A stretch of 64,000 nt of DNA from an uncultured Actinomycetes bacterium (GCA_963701825.1 CAVPBG010000003.1:451762-515761); one strand, 5' to 3'. Counted from the first letter of the stretch, positions 40,288 through 49,552 are shown. Numbers and translations: made by a program. The notes: generated by a model from the letters alone, not told the origin.

Positions 40288-41451
40288 GTGGAAGGCGACA
40301 CGACGGTCGAGGTGGAGCAGTTCACCCTCGACCCGAAGACCCGTCTCGGTTACCGGCCTGCGCTCGACGGCCTACGGGCCATCGCCGTGCTCGCGGTGAT
40401 GATGGGCCACGCGATCAGCTCGGTCGCGCCGGGCGGTTTCTCCGGCGTGCGTCTCTTCTTCGTGCTGAGCGGATTCCTCATCACCACGCTCCTCGTCGAG
40501 GAGTGGTCGGACCGCTCGAACGTACGGCTCGGCGCGTTCTACATGCGCCGCGCGCTGCGCCTGCTCCCGGCCCTGTTCTTCCTGCTGATCGTCTACGTCA
40601 TCGCGGTCGCGGTCCTCGAGGGCGGCACCGCGGTCGGACATCTGCAGTCGAACGTCATCACGATCGCGCTGTACGTCGCGAACTGGAAGTTCGTGTTCCA
40701 GGGTCACGGCGGCGATCTCGGCCACCTCTGGTCGCTTTCGGTCGAGGAGCAGTTCTATTTCGTGTGGCCCATCGGGCTCGTGTTGATGCTGCGCTACCTG
40801 CGCCCCCGCACGATGCTCATCGTCACCGCCGCGTGTGCGGCCGCGTCGTGGATCCTGTCGGAGAGCCTGGCGCTCGCGGCGCGGGGCGGCGGCTCGATCG
40901 GCAACGTCGACAGTGTGCGGTCGGCGACCCAACGACACGCCTTCTACGGCACCGACGCGGTGGCCTACGCATTGCTCGCAGGCTGTCTCGTCGCGCTGCT
41001 GCGATCGTCGGGCAAGCTGCGCCAGTACACGGGGTACAAGCAGTTCGTCGCCCGGGCGGGGATCGTGGGCTTCGTGCTCTACAGCTGCCAGGTGCTGTTC
41101 GCGCCCGCGCCCGACATCCGCGAGATCGATCTGCTCGTGCTGACGGTCGGCTTCCTCGCGATGATCCTGTGCGCGGTCGACGTGCCCGAATCGCCACTCA
41201 CCCAGATCCTGTCGCTGCCGCCGATACGCGCCATCGGACGCGTCTCCTACGGTCTGTACCTGTGGCACTTCCCGATCCTGTCGCTCCTGCATCGCCATCA
41301 ACCGCACATGGGTGTGCCGGAGCGGACGCTCGTGGCCGCGTTGCTGACGACCGCGATCACGATCGTGTCGTACAAGCTCGTCGAACAACCGTGCCTGCGC
41401 CTGAAGCGGCACTTCATTCGCGACCCGCTCGCCGCGGGTCATCCGGTGTGA
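40288..41451 (+). CDS. Acyltransferase family 3 (membrane O-acyltransferase), intact
   Basis: GTG start 18 nt after the giant-gene stop. LDGLRAIAVLAVMMGHA...GVRLFFVLSGFLITTLL, multiple TM helices, 387 aa. Confidence 0.85.
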   Translation: MEGDTTVEVEQFTLDPKTRLGYRPALDGLRAIAVLAVMMGHAISSVAPGGFSGVRLFFVLSGFLITTLLVEEWSDRSNVRLGAFYMRRALRLLPALFFLLIVYVIAVAVLEGGTAVGHLQSNVITIALYVANWKFVFQGHGGDLGHLWSLSVEEQFYFVWPIGLVLMLRYLRPRTMLIVTAACAAASWILSESLALAARGGGSIGNVDSVRSATQRHAFYGTDAVAYALLAGCLVALLRSSGKLRQYTGYKQFVARAGIVGFVLYSCQVLFAPAPDIREIDLLVLTVGFLAMILCAVDVPESPLTQILSLPPIRAIGRVSYGLYLWHFPILSLLHRHQPHMGVPERTLVAALLTTAITIVSYKLVEQPCLRLKRHFIRDPLAAGHPV

Positions 41452-41461
41452 CCGGAGCCGG

Positions 41462-42373
41462 GTGACCGCGAAGACCAGCGTCGACACGACCACTGTCGTC
41501 TACATCGCCGGGTACGGACGCAGCGGCAGCACCCTGCTCGACCTGTTGTTGGGGCGGCTCGACGGTTGGTTCTCCATGGGCGAGTTCCGGCTGTTCTGGC
41601 ACGCGACGCGCGACCACTGGCGGTGCGGTTGCGGCGCCGACGTGGAGAACTGCGACGTGTGGTCGCAAGTGCTGCGCGATGTCGCGCCCGCCGACCGCGA
41701 ACGCGTCCTCGCGCTGATCCGTACCACGCTGCGCACCCGGCGGGTGCCGGGCCTCGTCGTCCCGCCGCTGCTGGGCTCGCACCGCGCGGCCCGCGACGAT
41801 CTCGCCGCGATCCTCGGTGCCGTCTACCCCGCCGCCGCGAAAACCGCCGGCGCGCGTGTTCTCGTCGACTCGTCGAAAGACCCCGTCTACGGACTCGTGC
41901 TCGCCGGCGTCGCCGACCTGCGCGTGCACGTGGTGCATCTCGTGCGCGACAGCCGCGCGGTTGCGTGGTCGTGGCAACGCAAACGTCTGCGCCCGGAGAT
42001 CGGATCGACCGCCGCGTACATGCCCGTGCGTTCCGCGGTGCGCACCAGCCTCGACTGGGACCTCCGCAACGGGCTCGCGCACGTCCTCGGGCGGCGCGCG
42101 GAGTCGTACACCCGCCTCACCTACGAGTCCCTCGTGCGCGATCCCGACGCCGCGGTGGCGATGGTCGCGCGCCGCGTCGATCCCGGAATTTCCCTCGTTC
42201 CGGATCCGGCGAATCTCGGCAACCACACGGTCGCGGGGAATCCGATGCGGTTCGGGACGGGCGAGATCTCGGTCACGCCCGACATGGAATGGCGCGACTC
42301 GCTCGACCCGCGCGACCGGCGCGTCGTCTCCGCGCTGACGTGGCCGTTGCGCCGTCGGTACGGCTACGAGTGA
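41462..42373 (+). CDS. Sulfotransferase family protein, intact
   Basis: VVYIAGYGRSGSTLLDLLLG (PSB loop)...VVHLVRDSRAVAWS. 303 aa, 10 nt after the acyltransferase stop. Confidence 0.75.
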   Translation: MTAKTSVDTTTVVYIAGYGRSGSTLLDLLLGRLDGWFSMGEFRLFWHATRDHWRCGCGADVENCDVWSQVLRDVAPADRERVLALIRTTLRTRRVPGLVVPPLLGSHRAARDDLAAILGAVYPAAAKTAGARVLVDSSKDPVYGLVLAGVADLRVHVVHLVRDSRAVAWSWQRKRLRPEIGSTAAYMPVRSAVRTSLDWDLRNGLAHVLGRRAESYTRLTYESLVRDPDAAVAMVARRVDPGISLVPDPANLGNHTVAGNPMRFGTGEISVTPDMEWRDSLDPRDRRVVSALTWPLRRRYGYE

Positions 42374-43326
42374 TCGTGCTCGGCCTTGGCGACCCGGGTC
42401 GTCACCGCGTCCCGGGCCGCGTGGTACGCCGAGCGCACCGACCACGCGCAGCCCTGCACGGCCCAACTCGCGTTCATCGGGAAGAGCCCGTGGTACGGAT
42501 GGAACACGCGCGCACCGTCGGGCCGGACCGCCTCGACCAGAACGTTCGGGAGCAACACCGATCGCCGCGACCCGTTGAGGAAACGCTGGCGCCGGGTGGC
42601 CCGGCCCGCCGATCCGTCGGCCGGTCGCCACGCGGCGAAGCGTTCGTCTTCGACGATGCGGATGCCGTTGGCGACCGCCAGCGTCGGCAGGCGGTACTCC
42701 ACGTAGCCCACCTCGGGTTCGGGCAGCTCCGAGTACGCCGCGAGCAGGCGCCGGGGCAAGCACGCCACGACGAATACGCACGACATCGGCTCGACCGGGC
42801 CGAACTTCGCCTCGATGTTCGCGACGAAGGCCCGGTACTCCGCTTCGTGACCGCCGCGCACCCACACCCAGTTCTGTTCGACCGCGGCCACCGGCAACGC
42901 GGCCGACAACAGCACCTCGTCGGGTGCCAGCGGCCGCACGAGTCGGTCGACCGGGCCCAACACGAGCATGTCCCACTGCACGACGAAGACGTGTTCGAAG
43001 GAAAGGTGGGCACCGCGCGCCGCGAACCACGCCGCAATCATGAGATCGCCGTTGAGCCACTTCCACTTCGACGACACCGGTTGGTCGAACGCCCAGAAGT
43101 CGTCGAGCTGCGGGGCCAACGCGGCGCGGAACCGTTCCGCGTCGGCCGGGTCACCGCCGTAGAGGCCGTAGATCGGCGTATCCGGATTGTCGCGCCGGAG
43201 CAGGTCGAGGCGATTCCGGCACACCGGAAGGTCCTTGTAGAACCAAAACAGCACGCCGATCCGGTCGCCCACGCGGGCAACGGTACCGACTCGCGGCCGA
43301 CCCGCCGCGTCCTCGCCTAATGTCAC
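42364..43326 (-). CDS. Hypothetical soluble protein, function unknown (start uncertain; alternative GTG about 50 nt downstream)
   Basis: 320-aa ORF with GC3-rich codon usage. I recognise no motif. The 3' end overlaps the convergent sulfotransferase gene by 10 nt, and the 5' end overlaps the divergent gene by 7 nt. Confidence 0.55.
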   Translation of the reverse strand: MTLGEDAAGRPRVGTVARVGDRIGVLFWFYKDLPVCRNRLDLLRRDNPDTPIYGLYGGDPADAERFRAALAPQLDDFWAFDQPVSSKWKWLNGDLMIAAWFAARGAHLSFEHVFVVQWDMLVLGPVDRLVRPLAPDEVLLSAALPVAAVEQNWVWVRGGHEAEYRAFVANIEAKFGPVEPMSCVFVVACLPRRLLAAYSELPEPEVGYVEYRLPTLAVANGIRIVEDERFAAWRPADGSAGRATRRQRFLNGSRRSVLLPNVLVEAVRPDGARVFHPYHGLFPMNASWAVQGCAWSVRSAYHAARDAVTTRVAKAEHDHS

Positions 43327-44402
43327 CCGCCGGCATGCGAGTTCTCGTCACGTTCTGCAATCCGCGTTCGACCCCGCGCCTGGCCGCGTGCGCCATCGAC
43401 ACGGACACCGACGAGCGCGCCTGGCTCCCGGTCCCGCCCGCGTTCGACCGCGGCGCGGCCGGCATCGCCCGGATCGACGACGACCTGCTCGTCGCGTGCC
43501 AGTCCGGGGGTGTCGTCCGTTACGGACCCGACCTCGTTCCGAAGGCGACCATCCCCACCGCAAACGCGCGCAACCTGCATTCGATCCTCTACCGGCCGGA
43601 GGAGAACGCGCTGTACGTCGTGTCGGCGCACAACGACACGTTGTTCCGCTACCGCCTCGACGACACGGGCACGCGCGCCGTGGGAGCCGACGAGATCTAC
43701 TGCGCCGACCCGGAACGCCGGGGCCAGGACCGCTACCACCTCAACTCCGTCACGGAATGGCAGGGCAACCTCTACGTGACGATGTTCGGCCCCACGAACG
43801 GGCCGACGCACCTGCACCGGCGGCACGGCCGCGTCGTACGAGTCGATACGGGCGAAGAGATCGTCGGCGACCTCTACCACCCGCACTCGCTGTTCGTGCA
43901 CAACGACGGGCTGTTCGTCGTCGAGTCGCAGGCGCGCATCGTGCGTCGCATCGCGGGCGGCGAACCCATGTCGTGGGAGATCCCGGGCGGCTACCCGCGC
44001 GGACTCGTCGCCGCCGACGCCCGCCATCTGTGGGTCGGTGTGAGCGCGCTCCGGCGGGAGAGCAGCAGCCTCGGCACGCCGAACGTCATCACGTCCGTCG
44101 ACCCCGTCGACTTCAAGACGCGTCTCGTCGAGCTCGACCTCGACACCGGCACCGTCGGTCGGCAACTCGATCTCACCGCGCTCGCGGCCGAAGTGTTCGA
44201 CGTGCGCGCCCTCCCCGCGTCGGCCACGTTCACGCCCGATCCCGACCGGGGGCTGACCGAACGCGTCGACGCGCTCGAGGAGACCTTCCGGCGCATGCGA
44301 GCCGAACGCCAGGAGCTCGAGAACCGGCTCCGCGACACGCCCGTGCACCGGGCGCAGCGCTACGCGCGCCAGGTCGCCAAGCGCGTCCTCAAACGCTCCT
44401 AG
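43320..44402 (+). CDS. Hypothetical beta-propeller-like protein with C-terminal coiled coil (tentatively DUF4915/TIGR03032-like)
   Basis: 360 aa. Repeated blade-like strings LHSILYRPEENALYVVSAHNDTLFRY, YHLNSVTEWQGNLYVTMFG, YHPHSLFVHNDGLFVVESQ, PRGLVAADARHLWVGVS. The family assignment is from memory only. An alternative start is MRVLVTF at 43335. Confidence 0.5.
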   Translation: MSPAGMRVLVTFCNPRSTPRLAACAIDTDTDERAWLPVPPAFDRGAAGIARIDDDLLVACQSGGVVRYGPDLVPKATIPTANARNLHSILYRPEENALYVVSAHNDTLFRYRLDDTGTRAVGADEIYCADPERRGQDRYHLNSVTEWQGNLYVTMFGPTNGPTHLHRRHGRVVRVDTGEEIVGDLYHPHSLFVHNDGLFVVESQARIVRRIAGGEPMSWEIPGGYPRGLVAADARHLWVGVSALRRESSSLGTPNVITSVDPVDFKTRLVELDLDTGTVGRQLDLTALAAEVFDVRALPASATFTPDPDRGLTERVDALEETFRRMRAERQELENRLRDTPVHRAQRYARQVAKRVLKRS

Positions 44403-44409
44403 GCGGGCG

Positions 44410-45474
44410 TCAGACGCCCTGCGGCGGAGGCCCGGCCGGCGCTTCGGTCGTCGAGGGCGGCTCCATCGTGCGACCGAGCTTGCCCGTCCACGCGTCGGCA
44501 CACGCCCGCACTCCCGCAGTGAAGAGCTTCGGGCTCGCGTTGCGCCGGACGAGGTCGAGCACGGGGCGCCCCAAGAGGTGGCCGGCGGTGATTTTCGCGG
44601 CGCGCGGCGCCGACGTGTAGCGCCGCATGATCACGATGTGGTTCCGCACGCTGTAGTAGCGGCGCCACGGATTCTCCCGGCGGGGCGCGCGACCCACATC
44701 GGTACCGAGCCGCCCGAAACGGCGACGCGCTTCGAGCGCCTTCGGTCCGAGCACGTACACGCCGTAGCCGTGCAAGCGCAGCCGTTCGCAGAAGTCGAGG
44801 TCGTCGAAACCGAAGAACAGCGCCGGATCGAACACGCCGATCTCGCGCACCGCGCCGACGCGCAACATGAGCATCTGGCCGCCGGCCACGTAGTCGACGC
44901 GGACCGGGCCCGCGAGTTCGTCGTCGGTGAGGCGGACCAGCCGACCGCGCTTGCGGTCGAACCACGCGCCGACCTGTCCGACGCCGCCGACCGGCGCGCC
45001 CCGTTCGACCAGGAACTCGCCGAAGTCCCGCAGGTCGCGCGCGGTGTCGCCCGGGCCGGTGAGGCGATCGTCGTCGAGGATCAGTATCCAGTCGCCGTCG
45101 GCCGCGGTCTCGATGACCCGGGCCATGCCCGCCGCGTTCCCGCCCGCGGGGCCGGAGTTCTCCGGCATCGGTATGTACGTGGTCGAAAGCTCCGCCGCTT
45201 TGCTCCGCGCCACCCGTTCGGACGCTTCCGAAGGCGCGTTGTCGACGACGGTCAACGACGCGAGCCCGATGCCCGTCAGCTCGTCGATCATCCGCGCCAA
45301 CGAGTCCGGGCGATTGAAGGTGACGAGCACTCCATGAATTCCACTGGGAATCCCATTGGTCGTCGTCGCGGCGACCGGAGCCGGGGCCGGCGGAACCGGC
45401 GGAACCGGCGGAACCGGCGGTGAATTCTCGGTGCCGGCCGGACGCGCCGTACGACAGGGAGCTCCGCGCGACAC
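44410..45474 (-). CDS. Glycosyltransferase family 2 (rhamnosyltransferase-like); start uncertain (GTG 45474 with a Pro-rich leader, or GTG 45330)
   Basis: GVLVTFNRPDSLARMIDEL...LTVVDNAPSEAS...PENSGPAGGNAAGM...WILILDDD (DxD). Confidence 0.75.
   Translation of the reverse strand: MSRGAPCRTARPAGTENSPPVPPVPPVPPAPAPVAATTTNGIPSGIHGVLVTFNRPDSLARMIDELTGIGLASLTVVDNAPSEASERVARSKAAELSTTYIPMPENSGPAGGNAAGMARVIETAADGDWILILDDDRLTGPGDTARDLRDFGEFLVERGAPVGGVGQVGAWFDRKRGRLVRLTDDELAGPVRVDYVAGGQMLMLRVGAVREIGVFDPALFFGFDDLDFCERLRLHGYGVYVLGPKALEARRRFGRLGTDVGRAPRRENPWRRYYSVRNHIVIMRRYTSAPRAAKITAGHLLGRPVLDLVRRNASPKLFTAGVRACADAWTGKLGRTMEPPSTTEAPAGPPPQGV
45392..45418. repeat. 9-bp tandem repeat (ggaaccggc x3, plus partial flanks) encoding PPV/GSA low-complexity sequence
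   Basis: Read directly: cggaaccggcggaaccggcggaaccggcgg. Confidence 0.9.
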
Positions 45475-45653
45475 TCGCCAGGTTGCGGTAGCGCGCCAAC
45501 GACAACGGATCGTTCTTCACCGCCGCGAGCGTCGCGGTCATCGCCTCCCGCCGGCGCCCGAGGCGCGCCGCGTTCACTCCGACGATCGCCTGATACGTCG
45601 CCCGGCGTTTGCGCGGCGACGCCACCCCGGCCATCTCGCTCTCGAGCGGTTGG

Positions 45654-46352
45654 TCAGGGTGGTCGAGGATCCAACGGGCCGCCTCGTACTTCGCGGTGTC
45701 GTACTCGCGGCGTCGCCTGCGTGTAACGAACCACCACCGGTTCGGGTACGAGCCCCATGGTCGCGTCGGCCGCCGCGAGCGCCTGCTTCACGCGCCAACC
45801 GAGCTCGGTGTTCTCGCTGTAACGCAGCTGGGTGTCGTAGCCGCCGATGCCGAGGAAGATGTCGGTCGCCACCGCGAACGCGCCCGGCAGGAATCCCATC
45901 CCGCGCGGGATCGACGTGCGCCAGTCGCGCCGATCGGGCGACACCTGGATCCGACCGCCGACCACCGCCCGCCAACCGTGGGCCGCGAGCGCGTCCGAGT
46001 AGCGCTCGAGCGCGATCGGCAGCAGCTCGTCGTCGCTGTCGAGGAACACCAGGAACTCGCCCGCCGCGATCGCCGCGCCCGCGTTGCGCGCCGCCGACAC
46101 TCCCGACTGTGCCTGCGCGTGGTAGCGGATGCGCGGGTCGGCCATCGCGGCGACGACCGCGTCGGTCCCGTCGGTGGAGCCGTCGTCGACGATGACGAGC
46201 TCGAGATCGCCGCAGGTCTGGCCCAACACGCTCTTCATCGCGAGCGGCAGCAGATGCGCGCGATTGAGGGTCGGGATCACGACGCTGAACCGCGGTGCCC
46301 CGAGCCCGGATTTCTCAGCGGCGGAGCTCTCGGTCGGTTGCGGTGTCGACAT
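45654..46352 (-). CDS. Glycosyltransferase family 2; probably frame-shifted near 45700, with a helical C-terminal extension continuing to about 45440
   Basis: RFSVVIPTLNRAHLLPLAMKSVLGQT...ELVIVDDGSTDGT...ARNAGAAIAAGEFLVFLDSDD. After VVRYTQ the adjacent frame reads YDTAKYEAARWILDH...RATYQAIVGVNAARLGRR.., resembling the C-terminal helices of the other GT2s in this window. Confidence 0.75.
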   Translation of the reverse strand: MSTPQPTESSAAEKSGLGAPRFSVVIPTLNRAHLLPLAMKSVLGQTCGDLELVIVDDGSTDGTDAVVAAMADPRIRYHAQAQSGVSAARNAGAAIAAGEFLVFLDSDDELLPIALERYSDALAAHGWRAVVGGRIQVSPDRRDWRTSIPRGMGFLPGAFAVATDIFLGIGGYDTQLRYSENTELGWRVKQALAAADATMGLVPEPVVVRYTQATPRVRHREVRGGPLDPRPP

Positions 46353-46525
46353 GGGACTTGTCCAAAACTCCCTGCGCGGTCACGTCCCGTGGAGTGCGAC
46401 GAGCCATCAGTGTTGCACAGCGGCGCAGACCGGGACGCGGTCCGGGAAGTGTGCGGGTGTCCACTTTCGGACACTTCCGGCGCGCATCTGGAACCCGCCG
46501 CGCACCGCTGTCTAGGGTTTTGCCA

Positions 46526-46801
46526 ATGGTGCCGCGCCGGCTCGTCTCACCACTGGCGATCCTGCTCGTGGCCGTCGGTCTCGGCGTCACCGCCGTGGGC
46601 GTGATCTACCTGGTGGTCACCGCGGCCCACCTGCCCGGCTTCCTGCCCGGCCGGCTGGTCGTACCGACTCACGCGCTCAAAAACGGCCGATTCATCCACA
46701 CTCATACCGAAAGCAAACGTGGTGTCGTCGCGCTGTGCGCGGCCGGGCTCGTGTTCAGCGCGGCGTGGTTCCTGAAGTTCCGTTACGAACCGATGGATTG
46801 A
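46526..46801 (+). CDS. Small two-TM membrane protein, function unknown
   Basis: MVPRRLVSPLAILLVAVGLGVTAVGVIYLVV...GVVALCAAGLVFSAAWFLKF. 91 aa. The start is chosen at the first Met before TM1; the longer ORF from 46295 looks non-coding. Confidence 0.45.
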   Translation: MVPRRLVSPLAILLVAVGLGVTAVGVIYLVVTAAHLPGFLPGRLVVPTHALKNGRFIHTHTESKRGVVALCAAGLVFSAAWFLKFRYEPMD

Positions 46802-46896
46802 GCGCCCCGAACCGCCCGACGGGCTGATGCGGTTCATCAGATCACCGTTAGACTTTTCCGATCGCTACCGCCGACCACACACCCGAAGCACCGGCC

Positions 46897-47637
46897 GTGA
46901 CCGACCCGCCGTTCCACCGCTATTCCGTGGGCATGCGGAACGGCTACGACCTCATGGGCGGGCTGCAGTTCACGCTGCTCTTCGCGCTGGGCCTGCGGGA
47001 ACAACACCGCGTCTGCGACGTCGGGTGCGGATCGCTTCGCGTCGGCCGCTTCCTGATCCCGTACCTCGAGGCCGGCAACTACTACGGCATCGAGCCTCGC
47101 CAAGAAGTGGTGGAGGCGGGCATCGATCAAGAGGTCGGCCGCGACCTCCTCGCGGCCCGCCATCCACACTTCGACTACGGAACCGATTTCGGCCTGGCCC
47201 GCTTCGACACCAGCTTCGACTTCGTGATCGCGCAGTCGGTGTTCTCGCACACGTATCGCGATCTCGCGACGGTCGGCCTCGACGCGATCCGTGCCACCCT
47301 CGCACCCGAGGGGCTTTTCGTCGGCACGGTGTACGAGGAGTACCCGGTGTTGTTGCCGCGCGGCCACAACGCTCGTCCCGATGAAGGCTCCGGCTTCGTG
47401 CACCAGGGCGCGGTCGCGTACACGTGGCGCGACTGGAAGGCGATGCTCGAGCGCGCCGGCCTCGTCGGATACCGCATGCGCTGGTACCACAACCGCCAAA
47501 CCTGGTTCGTCGCCGCCGCCGCGGGCCGCGACGCCGCACTGAAACACACCATCAACCGCGCGATCCCCCGCCTCCGCGGTCCGGGTTTCGCCGGTCACGT
47601 CAAGCGCCGGGTGTTGGCCAAAATCAAACCGGGCTGA
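46897..47637 (+). CDS. Class I SAM-dependent methyltransferase, intact
   Basis: ...HRVCDVGCGSLRVGRFL (motif I)...FDFVIAQSVFSH...LAPEGLFVGT. Confidence 0.7.
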   Translation: MTDPPFHRYSVGMRNGYDLMGGLQFTLLFALGLREQHRVCDVGCGSLRVGRFLIPYLEAGNYYGIEPRQEVVEAGIDQEVGRDLLAARHPHFDYGTDFGLARFDTSFDFVIAQSVFSHTYRDLATVGLDAIRATLAPEGLFVGTVYEEYPVLLPRGHNARPDEGSGFVHQGAVAYTWRDWKAMLERAGLVGYRMRWYHNRQTWFVAAAAGRDAALKHTINRAIPRLRGPGFAGHVKRRVLAKIKPG

Positions 47638-47642
47638 GTCTC

Positions 47643-48479
47643 GTGGCGCCCCGGTTCAGCGTCATCATCCCGACCTACGGTCGGCCGCAGTTCCTCGCCG
47701 ACGCACTGGCATCGGTGGCACAGCAGTCGTTCGCCGATTTCGAATGTCTGGTCGTCGACGACGCGAGCGCGGCGCCGCCCGAGCTGGCCGCGGCCGACGC
47801 GCGCTTTCGGCTGGTGCGCCGCACCACGAACGGCGGGCCGGCCGCGGCGCGCAACACCGGTATCGCGGCCGCGACCGGCAACTACGTCGCCTTCCTCGAC
47901 GACGACGACACCTGGACGCCGGACCGCCTCGATCACGCCGCCCGCGCCCACGAAGACGCGCCGGTTGCGGTCTGCGGCCAGGGCACGCTCGGCGAAACGC
48001 TCCCCGCCGCGCCGGGCCGCGTTCTCGTGGGCGACGTGCGCGACACCATCCTCGACGGCATCACGCCGCACCTCGGCGCCACCAGTGTCGAACGCGCGGT
48101 CACGCTGACGTTCGACGAGCGTTACCGCGGCTCCGAAGACGTCGATTGGTGGCTGCGGACCGCGCAGCAGTCGCGCGTCGCCGCCGCGTCCGGGGTGGGG
48201 TTGCTCTACCGCCGCCACGACGCACCCCGCCCGGGAACCGATCGCGCGGCCCGCATCCGCGGTGCGCAATTGCTCCTCACCGAGCACGCGGCGTGGTTCG
48301 CGACGCATCCGCACGCCCACGCCTTCCGGCTGAAGCGCATGGGCCTGCTCGCGCTGCAGGCCGGTGACCGGCCGCTCGCCCGGCGCTGCTTCGCCCGGGC
48401 CCTGCGCCTCCACCCCGAAGCGCGCACCGCGTGGCACGCGTTGCGCTCGTTCGCACCCCAACCGGCCGGCGCGCGATGA
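47643..48479 (+). CDS. Glycosyltransferase family 2, intact
   Basis: GTG start. RFSVIIPTYGRPQFLADALASVAQQSF...CLVVDDAS...ARNTGIAAATGNYVAFLDDDD. Confidence 0.85.
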   Translation: MAPRFSVIIPTYGRPQFLADALASVAQQSFADFECLVVDDASAAPPELAAADARFRLVRRTTNGGPAAARNTGIAAATGNYVAFLDDDDTWTPDRLDHAARAHEDAPVAVCGQGTLGETLPAAPGRVLVGDVRDTILDGITPHLGATSVERAVTLTFDERYRGSEDVDWWLRTAQQSRVAAASGVGLLYRRHDAPRPGTDRAARIRGAQLLLTEHAAWFATHPHAHAFRLKRMGLLALQAGDRPLARRCFARALRLHPEARTAWHALRSFAPQPAGAR

Positions 48480-49447
48480 ACACCGTCGACCGGAAGCCCT
48501 TTCCATTCGTCGTCGGATGCGGCCGTTCGGGCACCACGCTCGTGCGCGCCATGCTCGACGCGCACCGCGAGATGGCCGTGCCGTTCGAGTCGTACTTCCC
48601 CGTGTGGTTCGCCCGACAGCGCGCGTCGTACGAACGCCCCGAAGGATTCGCAACCGCCAAGTTCACCGCCGATCTGTTGGCACACGAGTCGTTCCGGCGT
48701 TGGCACCTCGATCCCGCCTTCGTCGAAGAAGGGTTCGTGGCGGCCGCGCCCACGAACTACCCGGACGCGGTCCGCACCGCGTTCGCGCTCTACGCCCGCG
48801 CCCACGACAAGGTGCGCTACGGCGACAAGACCCCCATCTTCGTCACCCACATCCCCACCGTCGCCGAGCTGTTCCCCGAATCGGTGTTCGTGCATCTCGT
48901 GCGCGACGGCCGCGCGGTTGTGCTCTCCCGCGCGCAGGCGTCGTGGGGCACCGATCGCCTCGAATTCGAGACGCTGCTCTGGAAGTCGCAGGTCGAACAG
49001 GGTCGGGCCGACGGAACCGCGCTCGGACCCTGCCGCTACCGCGAGATCCACTACGAAGCGATCCTCGACGATCCCGAGCACGCCGCGCACGAGCTGTGCG
49101 AGATCGCGGGCCTGGAGTTCGATCCGGGCATCCTCACGTATCACGAGCGCGCCACGACCATCCTCGACGATCAGCCGTTTCCCGAGGAGCACCAGAACCT
49201 GCTGCGCCCGCCGACCAAGGGCCTGCGCGACTGGCAGACCGAGCTGAGCCCGATGCAGATCGAGCTGTTCGAATGCCTGGCCGGCGACACCCTCGAGGCG
49301 TTCGGCTACGAGCGCACGACCAAGACCGCGTCGGCGGCGGTTCGGGCCCGGGCCTTGCGCGCCCGCGCCCGCTACGAATCGACGCGCCAATTCCGCCGGG
49401 CGCGCAGCCGGATGTGGCACCTGGTCCACCGCGAAGCGGTCAAATGA
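48476..49447 (+). CDS. Sulfotransferase family protein, intact
   Basis: The ATG at 48476 overlaps the upstream TGA (ATGA). PFPFVVGCGRSGTTLVRAML (PSB loop)...FVHLVRDGRAVVLS. Confidence 0.8.
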   Translation: MNTVDRKPFPFVVGCGRSGTTLVRAMLDAHREMAVPFESYFPVWFARQRASYERPEGFATAKFTADLLAHESFRRWHLDPAFVEEGFVAAAPTNYPDAVRTAFALYARAHDKVRYGDKTPIFVTHIPTVAELFPESVFVHLVRDGRAVVLSRAQASWGTDRLEFETLLWKSQVEQGRADGTALGPCRYREIHYEAILDDPEHAAHELCEIAGLEFDPGILTYHERATTILDDQPFPEEHQNLLRPPTKGLRDWQTELSPMQIELFECLAGDTLEAFGYERTTKTASAAVRARALRARARYESTRQFRRARSRMWHLVHREAVK

Positions 49448-49552
49448 CCTGGGTTGTGGCCCGGATGCACATATCCGCCCTGGACGGCCCCGTCGTCCAT
49501 CGGCCACCATTCCAAGCTCAATAAGCAGCCGGCGAACGGGGAGCACGACGCA

